A stretch of 38,117 nucleotides of DNA from Candidatus Nanohaloarchaea archaeon (GTDB lineage: Archaea > Nanohalarchaeota > Nanosalinia > Nanosalinales > Nanosalinaceae). The stretch covers positions 1-38,117 of the forward strand of contig JBDGRC010000067.1 in assembly GCA_042218495.1 (NCBI GenBank), given 5' to 3'. Under the pieces are notes generated by a model. The model searched no databases. It worked only from the letters and a program-made list of their open reading frames with translations, and was not told where the DNA came from. The stretch's first letter is position 1, and every line of letters starts with the position of its first letter. Below, one piece after another: positions 27,364 to 33,851 of this stretch. The position numbers and the translations under genes were made by a program.

Positions 27364-27369
27364 CTTGTT

Positions 27370-28500
27370 CTACCTCCAGCTGTGCTCCTCCAGTATCTTG
27401 TCGATGAGCCTTTCGAGGGACTCCTCGAGGTTTTCACCGTTCTCCGCGTCTATTCCCCTTGTCTCGATTCCCAGCTCCTCCTCTATCTTCTCAGGGGTCT
27501 CCGCCTCCTCCTTGTTCTGGAAGTTCGCCAGTACTATCAGAGGGACGTCTCTCTTGCCGAGAGTTTCCTTCAGCTCTTCGATCCGTTCGTAGTCCGGGTC
27601 CCTTGAGTCCACGACTATGAAGCTGCCGAAGATTCCCTCTCCGAGGAAGTCGATGGCGTAGTCGAAGCGCTTCTGTCCCGGAGTTCCGAATATGTCCGCC
27701 TTGACTCCGTTGCTGTCCACCTGTCCTTTGTCGAGCGCCACCGTGGTTCCTGACTCCTCCGTTGAAAGGGCGCTGTCCGACATGTTGTGGACGGTGGTCG
27801 TCTTACCGCTGTTCTGGGGTCCTGTTACCAGTATCTTTGGGACGTACATCTTTATCCCTGTAGGAGTTATATCAAAGGGTATCTTTGTCTCTATGTCGGG
27901 TTTCACGACGTCCATGAACTTCAGGATCATTCCTGACCTCTCCAGACCCTTCAGGTGTATGAAGTAGTCGAATTCCTGCTTTATCTTTTCGTATTCGTCG
28001 TCGCCCTCCTCTATACCAAGGTTTGGCAGCAGGTAGTAGTTGATCCTTTCCTCTGATTTCAGAAGATCCCTGTACTCCATTATTGAGTCCCAGTCGCCTA
28101 CGAAAGGGTCCAGGGAGTCCATGAAGAACGCTCCACTTTCACTGACAGCTTTTCCTATGACCTCCTTCGACTCCTCTATGTGTGAGTCCCTCTCCTCGTT
28201 CAGGTCCGCATCAACCCTGAACTCCGCGTCGGATTCCTTTCCAAGAGTCGTTGAGAAACCATCTATCACCGCTGATCTGTCCTCGTCAAGCTTTTCGTCA
28301 ATGAACTTTGGCATCTTGTTGTTCAGGAAGTACACCACGTCGTCTCCGAGGGACTGGTGATGATTTGCGAGCGCAGTCGAGAACTCGGTCTTCTCTATCA
28401 CGAGGTCGACGAGCAGCAGCACGTCAGATCCTTCCTCGACGCCCCCGTCGGTCGCGTCGTTGAGTCTCTGTATCGGCAGCTCCTTCTTCATGGATTGCAT
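27370..28500 (-). CDS. Fusion of a degenerate KaiC/RAD55-like domain and an MglA/CvnD-type small GTPase
   Basis: N-half LPIQRLNDATDGGVEEGSDVLLLVDLVIEKT (ruined Walker A). C-half KILVTGPQNSGKTT, TTVALD, FGTPGQKRF, VVDS, LANFQN. Confidence 0.85.
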   Translation of the reverse strand: MQSMKKELPIQRLNDATDGGVEEGSDVLLLVDLVIEKTEFSTALANHHQSLGDDVVYFLNNKMPKFIDEKLDEDRSAVIDGFSTTLGKESDAEFRVDADLNEERDSHIEESKEVIGKAVSESGAFFMDSLDPFVGDWDSIMEYRDLLKSEERINYYLLPNLGIEEGDDEYEKIKQEFDYFIHLKGLERSGMILKFMDVVKPDIETKIPFDITPTGIKMYVPKILVTGPQNSGKTTTVHNMSDSALSTEESGTTVALDKGQVDSNGVKADIFGTPGQKRFDYAIDFLGEGIFGSFIVVDSRDPDYERIEELKETLGKRDVPLIVLANFQNKEEAETPEKIEEELGIETRGIDAENGENLEESLERLIDKILEEHSWR

Positions 28501-28527
28501 TTTATCGATCTCCTTTATTTAATTTCA

Positions 28528-29040
28528 TCAGGTCTCGAGCCAGATGCCTCTCTCGGAACTGATCATGAGTTTTCTCCAATCCTTGACGTGATCCGTCTGT
28601 TTCATTCGCTCTATGCCCAGGTAGGGCTGGTTTTCGCTGGTCTCCAGCCTGATCACTCCGTCCGCGGCGTCCTTGATCCTGGCTCTCTCCTTCTTGTCAT
28701 GGAGGCTTTTGTGAAGTGTTACAATCAGGACGCCGCTTCTCTTTGCTGCTTTGGCGCCCAGTACCTTGATCAGCTTCTTCGCTGACTGGGAGTTCATGTA
28801 TTCCAGGAGCGCCGAGGCAGAGTTCAGGGTCGACCTGTTCACGTCTTCCCTGAAGTCGTTCAGAGTCCTTATGAAGGTCATGCTGATCTGGTTCAGGTCT
28901 GTCAGGCCCTGCAGGTAGTGGTCCGTTTCCGGCTCTCCTGACTGCCATGAGTATCCGTCTACAAACTTGAGATTCCCCTTCTGCTCGTGATTTTTCAGGT
29001 CCCAGTCATAGTAGTCTGCGTTAGATCTGAAGCGGCTCGG
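28528..29040 (-). pseudogene. 5'-truncated KaiC/RAD55-like ATPase (Walker A region missing)
   Basis: The frame extends upstream of the listed Met 28881 as PSRFRSNADYYDWDLKNHEQKGNLKFVDGYSW..DLNQISMTF and ends ADGVIRLE..LGIERMK..ISSERGI. There is no start codon or P-loop before it runs into the MCP sequence. Confidence 0.75.
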
Positions 29041-29434
29041 AGCCTTCTCCAGCTTCTCCTGCTCTTGCTGCCTCGACTGACGCGTTCAGGGCGAGCATGT
29101 TGGTCTGGTCGGCGATGTCGTTGATCGCCCCTGCTATGTCGAAGACTTCTTGTACTGTTTCCTTGAGCGAGCTCATCTTGTCGGATGCCTGGTCGACGGC
29201 GTCCTGGGATTCCTCTATGGTCTGGATCGATCCCTCCGATGAGTTTGCCGCCTGTCTCGCCAGCTCCTTCGTCTTCTGGCTCTCGTTGTCTGCCTTCGAT
29301 ACAGAGTCGAATATCTGCCTCATGAAGGACTTGAAGTTGCTCAGTTCTTTTCCGGCGCTGGCCAGTGAGCTTGACTGGCTGTCGATGCTTTCCTCTATCT
29401 CGGACACGTATTGATCCGTATCTTTACCTGTCAT
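29021..29434 (-). pseudogene. 3'-truncated soluble methyl-accepting chemotaxis (MCP) signalling domain
   Basis: INDIADQTNMLALNASVEAARAGEAGEG hairpin signature breaks off exactly before the conserved FAVVA; no TM or sensor domain. Confidence 0.85.
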
Positions 29435-29567
29435 ATAGCAAAATTCTCGTCCTCGTTTAAGTATTTGAACCGGTGATCAGCAGGTATTGTTCACGAAACC
29501 TCCGCCGCACGAGCCTGGCGAAACAGCCGGGTGTTCTCTCAACTTTGATCTGGACAACAAACTGGTG

Positions 29568-29590
29568 AAAATAAAAGAAGAAAATGGAAA
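29568..29590 (-). terminator. T-rich terminator after the 29616-30770 gene
   Basis: The minus strand reads TTTCCATTTTCTTCTTTTATTTT about 25 nt past the stop. Confidence 0.55.
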
Positions 29591-29615
29591 GAGGTGGTCA
29601 ACTGCCTCGACTCAG

Positions 29616-30770
29616 CTACGTCGCTGACTCGTCGGCTCTGACCAGTACGCTCAGGGTTCCCTGGTTGACGATTCCTTCCGGCACTCCACGGGGAACCTCC
29701 ATCGCTATATCAAACGTGACGAATGCTCCTGGTTTGAGCATCTCGGAGTCCGTGTCTGTGTTCAGAAGGAACTGAGTCGCCGGTGCACCTGATCCTGACG
29801 TACCTGTAGCGGTAGCCAGGTTGTTGGCTCCGGTTGCCCTGACGTTGTAACGGGTCCTGATGACCTCGATGGAGTCAGTGGCACTCACTCCCGAAGTGGA
29901 GTCGGTGTCACACTTTGTCAGAACGTCGTAAGTCCTGTTGGTTTCCTGACCGTTCCTGTAGGCCTCGAGCGTGACTCCGGCCTCTCCGTCTGTCGGACCT
30001 GTTTCCGTAATTCCGTAGTTTGTCGATCCGAGCGACGTGATGTTGTAGAGCTCGTAGTCTCTACCTGGAATGTCGTCGAAGCCGGATGCGTCATCAGTGA
30101 AGTCAACCGATGCCGTTGACGTCGAGTTGTGTGGCTGCTTCTGAACCAGAAGCGTGCTGAACGTTCCTGAACCGTCACACTGGTCGGATGACTGCATCGG
30201 GATAGCCCACCAGTATTCCTGGCTTCCCATCCTGAACCTTCCTGTCGCTACATCGTTCGCTGACGTTGTACCTGTCGTGGTCTCATAGGTGCCGTCGTCA
30301 GGAGCGTTGATGTAGGATGGCTTCTCGGTGTCGTTGTACGTTCCGTACTCCACGCGGTTGACGTAGTTGTACTCGTCGGTTGAACCCTGCAGCAGTCCTG
30401 ACTGGTTCGATGGGCTCACCATCAGGAAGTTGCCCGCGTTGTAGTTGGCCTCGTCTCCTGTTCCCCAGGGGAATCCCGGAGTCTTGGTGGAATCGATCCA
30501 TATCCGGTCGATATACTCCGATCCGGTGTTCTCCAGGTCAACCGCACTGTATCCTTCGTCCGTGACGTTCTCGGGATCGAGAGGATGTGTACCTACGGAC
30601 AGATCGGTGTAGTCGATCTCTCTAGGGTGCAGGTCAACCGCCACCGTGCTGTCGATCGAGACGTTTACGTCTGTCTCGTTCTGTGCGTCGGTGGTTATCT
30701 GAGCTGCTGAAGACGAAACCATTCCCATGGTCGCGATAGCCAGAACTGCTATGCTTAGTTTCTTTCTCAT
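29616..30770 (-). CDS. Secreted Thr/Asp-rich beta protein, putative major fibre (or S-layer-like) subunit
   Basis: Sec signal peptide, no TM or PGF anchor, one Cys pair, strong SD, long leader and own terminator. Confidence 0.75.
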   Translation of the reverse strand: MRKKLSIAVLAIATMGMVSSSAAQITTDAQNETDVNVSIDSTVAVDLHPREIDYTDLSVGTHPLDPENVTDEGYSAVDLENTGSEYIDRIWIDSTKTPGFPWGTGDEANYNAGNFLMVSPSNQSGLLQGSTDEYNYVNRVEYGTYNDTEKPSYINAPDDGTYETTTGTTSANDVATGRFRMGSQEYWWAIPMQSSDQCDGSGTFSTLLVQKQPHNSTSTASVDFTDDASGFDDIPGRDYELYNITSLGSTNYGITETGPTDGEAGVTLEAYRNGQETNRTYDVLTKCDTDSTSGVSATDSIEVIRTRYNVRATGANNLATATGTSGSGAPATQFLLNTDTDSEMLKPGAFVTFDIAMEVPRGVPEGIVNQGTLSVLVRADESAT

Positions 30771-30774
30771 TAGT

Positions 30775-30784
30775 TCACCTCCTT
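30775..30784 (-). promoter_or_regulatory. Strong Shine-Dalgarno sequence
   Basis: AAGGAGGTGA ends 4 nt before ATG 30770. Confidence 0.85.
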
Positions 30785-30988
30785 TGAATTCTGTCTGGAT
30801 TTTGGTCTTGCCAGCCCTATAGGGTTTGTTAGGGATCCGTGCTGATCAGCTACCCTGTAAGCTGGAATATAACAACCTCTGGCCCCTGAAAGCGGGGAAA
30901 GAAAGCTAGCTTTCTCTAAAATGTCTTCTGCCATTCATCTATCATCCCGTTGATTCCCCTCCCCACGTGCCTGCATTTAGAGAGCCCG

Positions 30989-31033
30989 TATAAAAAGGTT
31001 GATGAGCTTTCAGACGGCAAGAAAAGGTTTAAA
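30989..31033. promoter_or_regulatory. Divergent TATA boxes
   Basis: TTTTTATA on the minus strand (30989-30996) and TTTAAA on the plus strand (31028-31033, about 30 nt before ATG 31063). Confidence 0.6.
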
Positions 31034-31062
31034 GGGCCCCAACAGGCTCTATTACTTGTCTA

Positions 31063-32166
31063 ATGAGAAAGTTTACACTGGCGGTTCTGGTCGTTGCTCT
31101 TGCTTCCGCTGGCGCATCACAGTCGATAGGGGTGTCGCCCGCGACCGTCGATCTCGGGACTGTGGAAAGGGGACAGGAAGTAGGGTTCTCGCTCTACGTC
31201 AGCTCGACGGGGACGACTGAGCCATACCGTCTGAACGTAACGGTCCTCGATCCCATGTCCTCCGACAGGTATGAACCCGGTGGTAGAATAAATCCTACTG
31301 AATACTCCGGAGAGGAGATTCAGAGCTGGATTGAGTTCTCCCAACCCATCTACGATGTCGATCCCGGCGACACGACTTCCTATGAAACCGGGAGCGGAAC
31401 GGTTGATGCCGAGAAGAGGATCAACGTGACGCTGGACGTGCCTTCTGACGCCGAGCCTGGTTATCATACTGCCCAGATAGGGCTAAGCCCGAACTTCGGC
31501 GCGGAGGGAAGCGGCTTTGGAACATCGCTCGTCGGCATTACCCGGCCGAGGCTGATTTTCAGGGTCCCTGGCAAGGTGACAAGGAGCGTCCAGCTGTCTT
31601 CAGTGGAAGCCGTCAGGACGAGGGAGGAGAAAGCCCAGATAGTCAGCACTTTCAGGAACACGGGCTCCGTGACCGTGAACTTCGGAGGGGGCCTCGTCGA
31701 CGTCTACGACTCCGAGGACAGGAAGGTTGGGGTCATCGATATCCCCACCGGTGTGCGGATTCCTCCCGGCGAAACCAGGAGAATCGAAAGCATCTGGGCT
31801 GGGGAGGGGGTGGAGGGTGGCACATACACACTGGACGGAACGGTTGACTACAATACCGGAAGCACGTTCGTAGGAGAGAGCTTCGCCATCGCGGGCGCTC
31901 CGCGGGATCCGATAGAGGTACAGGATCCGGAGGATCAGGACACCCAGGACGGAGATCAGCGGTCCGGGCTTTCACCTCTCATGATTATTGTCGCGATGGC
32001 GGCGCTCGGATCGGTTCTCTACGCGTTCGGGATCAGGCTGTACTACGTAATGACGGCCACTGGTGCGGTCGGAATCGCCACCTTTATTATATTTGGCGGA
32101 GTCAACATGGTTGTGTTGATCCTGGCGGTTTTCGGGCTGGGGTTGATGCTGTACATGAAATGGTGA
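31063..32166 (+). CDS. DUF916/WxL-interacting-like two-Ig-domain membrane-anchored protein (putative pilus chaperone)
   Basis: IGVSPA..G...F.L, SWIEF..VDPG..VTLDVPSDAEPGYHTAQI, IFRVPG, FRNTGSV, IPPGETR..W..GGTY, three C-terminal TMs. The family is recognised by motif pattern only. Confidence 0.65.
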   Translation: MRKFTLAVLVVALASAGASQSIGVSPATVDLGTVERGQEVGFSLYVSSTGTTEPYRLNVTVLDPMSSDRYEPGGRINPTEYSGEEIQSWIEFSQPIYDVDPGDTTSYETGSGTVDAEKRINVTLDVPSDAEPGYHTAQIGLSPNFGAEGSGFGTSLVGITRPRLIFRVPGKVTRSVQLSSVEAVRTREEKAQIVSTFRNTGSVTVNFGGGLVDVYDSEDRKVGVIDIPTGVRIPPGETRRIESIWAGEGVEGGTYTLDGTVDYNTGSTFVGESFAIAGAPRDPIEVQDPEDQDTQDGDQRSGLSPLMIIVAMAALGSVLYAFGIRLYYVMTATGAVGIATFIIFGGVNMVVLILAVFGLGLMLYMKW

Positions 32167-32170
32167 GAGT

Positions 32171-32650
32171 ATGGAAAGGAACTACCTCGCGACCTTCGTG
32201 ATCGCTGCAAGCGTATTAATAGGTGCATCTCCTTTCATAGTGAAGGAGACATCTGTCGATACGACGGAGAGCACCATGAACGTCACCGCTCACGTGATAG
32301 ACCCGGAGGTCGATGAGGACCTCGAGCTTGGAGTCAACGCCGACCCCGAGCTGAGCTTCGGCAGGGTTCCTTCCAGCTCGAACGCTGTCAGCGCCAACTA
32401 CACCAAGAAGATAACCGTCTCCGTGGAGAAGAGGTCCAGCGTGGTACTCAGACTCGAGGGAAACGTGAGTTCATTCGTTGAATACCCGGAGCAGCATACG
32501 GTCACCGGAGAGGAGAGCATTCCCGTGAGGCTTACGCCTGGAGAGCCCGGTTACTACACCGGAACTCTCGAGATGGAAATAAGAACCCCTAAGAACGCCG
32601 CGGGAAGGCTTTATCTGGACGCGAGCCAGAGAGTAAAGGGCCTGCTCTAA
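32171..32650 (+). CDS. Small exported/anchored Ig-like protein (minor subunit-like)
   Basis: N-terminal hydrophobic helix; LSFGRVP and EPGYYTGTLEMEI motifs. Confidence 0.7.
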   Translation: MERNYLATFVIAASVLIGASPFIVKETSVDTTESTMNVTAHVIDPEVDEDLELGVNADPELSFGRVPSSSNAVSANYTKKITVSVEKRSSVVLRLEGNVSSFVEYPEQHTVTGEESIPVRLTPGEPGYYTGTLEMEIRTPKNAAGRLYLDASQRVKGLL

Positions 32651-32682
32651 GCTTCTAAAGCGTCCGGAGATCAGTTCATTAT

Positions 32683-33048
32683 GTGAACCGGAACAAACTC
32701 TTTCTGGCGGCTCTGGTACTTGTGGTGGCTGGATCGGCTGCTGCCCAGTCAAATAAAACCGGAATACTGGGGACGGTCGGGGAACATCTCGAGGTCAGGG
32801 ACGTGGAAAGTTCCAGCAGGACGTCCGTGTCACTTGAGACCGGAGGCATCAGCGTTCCTTACTACATGATAGCCCTGTGGCTGGTATTCCTCACGGTGAC
32901 GGTCTATGCCACGGACATCGATCCCTTCTGGATAGCCCTGTTGCTTATAGGGGCCGGTCTTGGAATTGGTTCCACGTGGGCGGGCCTTCCGACCGCGGTC
33001 ATACCGGTGATTTTAATTGCTGTACTCGCTCTTGGATATACATCGTGA
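32683..33048 (+). CDS. Small membrane protein: signal peptide plus 3-TM module
   Basis: GTG start; the C-terminal TM module resembles that of 31063-32166. Confidence 0.75.
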   Translation: MNRNKLFLAALVLVVAGSAAAQSNKTGILGTVGEHLEVRDVESSSRTSVSLETGGISVPYYMIALWLVFLTVTVYATDIDPFWIALLLIGAGLGIGSTWAGLPTAVIPVILIAVLALGYTS

Positions 33049-33818
33049 AGAGAAAGCTACTGATGATCTCGGCGATCGCCATGGTTTCCGGTGTCTCCGC
33101 GACAAATGTCAACGCCGAGGTGGACGCCATGGCTGAGATGGACGGATACGATGTCTCGGCTCAAAGTCACCCGACCGGTATGAGGGAGATCAACCTTACC
33201 GTCGAGAACTCGGGATCCGTGGGCTGCAACTACAGGATAATGGCGAACCTCCGGTACGGTAACACGAGCCGGCGCCGCTACTCCGACCCGGAGCCCGTTC
33301 TGGCCGGAGGGATCGCCAAGCCTGATCTCTTCTTCGTGGCCCTGAACTACACCGGGAACGTTAGTGGCAGCGTCTACTCCTCCTTCTGCGGCCAGAGAGA
33401 ACATCTCCGGAACCTGAGCTTTGCGGTCGACTCCGGGCAGACCCGGGTCCCCGCCGTCAACTCGACCACTGTCTCTGTCGATGACGATTATGTGAACGTG
33501 TCCGTGAATATGGAAGAGGGATACCTGGTGCCCCGCAAGACTCCTCCGTACTGGAAGGCGGGTTCTGCCAGGGTAGAGGACGGAGAGGCGAGTATAAGCT
33601 ACGATCCGCCTCTTTTTGACACCTCCGAAAGCCTGGAGTACGTTCTTGTGAACGGTTCCGGCGCCGTCGCGACGACTAAAGTGGATCTCGAGGTGGAAAG
33701 GACTTTCCTGCAGAGAATCTTGGACCGGCTGGAAGCCAGCCTGGCTCCTCTGCTGGGTGCATCCTTGCTGCTGAATGTTCTGCTATTTTTTGCTGCGAGA
33801 GCCCGTAGAGGCAATTAA
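33045..33818 (+). CDS. Signal peptide + Ig-like domains + C-terminal TM with basic tail
   Basis: GTGA overlap start at 33045 (MKRKLLMISAIAM..); VENSGSVGC motif; TM followed by RARR. Confidence 0.8.
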   Translation: MKRKLLMISAIAMVSGVSATNVNAEVDAMAEMDGYDVSAQSHPTGMREINLTVENSGSVGCNYRIMANLRYGNTSRRRYSDPEPVLAGGIAKPDLFFVALNYTGNVSGSVYSSFCGQREHLRNLSFAVDSGQTRVPAVNSTTVSVDDDYVNVSVNMEEGYLVPRKTPPYWKAGSARVEDGEASISYDPPLFDTSESLEYVLVNGSGAVATTKVDLEVERTFLQRILDRLEASLAPLLGASLLLNVLLFFAARARRGN

Positions 33819-33851
33819 GCTTTAAAGTACGAGAGGCGAAGTTTTTACCAG

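Noticed and set aside
28528-29434. Programmed +1 frameshift producing a functional MCP-KaiC fusion
   Set aside because: There is no recognisable slippery site, and the fusion would still lack the MCP return helix and the KaiC Walker A. A deletion or misassembly explains it better.
32877-33044. Upstream start of the 32877-33818 ORF
   Set aside because: It overlaps the 32683-33048 gene; the signal peptide and GTGA coupling support a start at 33045.
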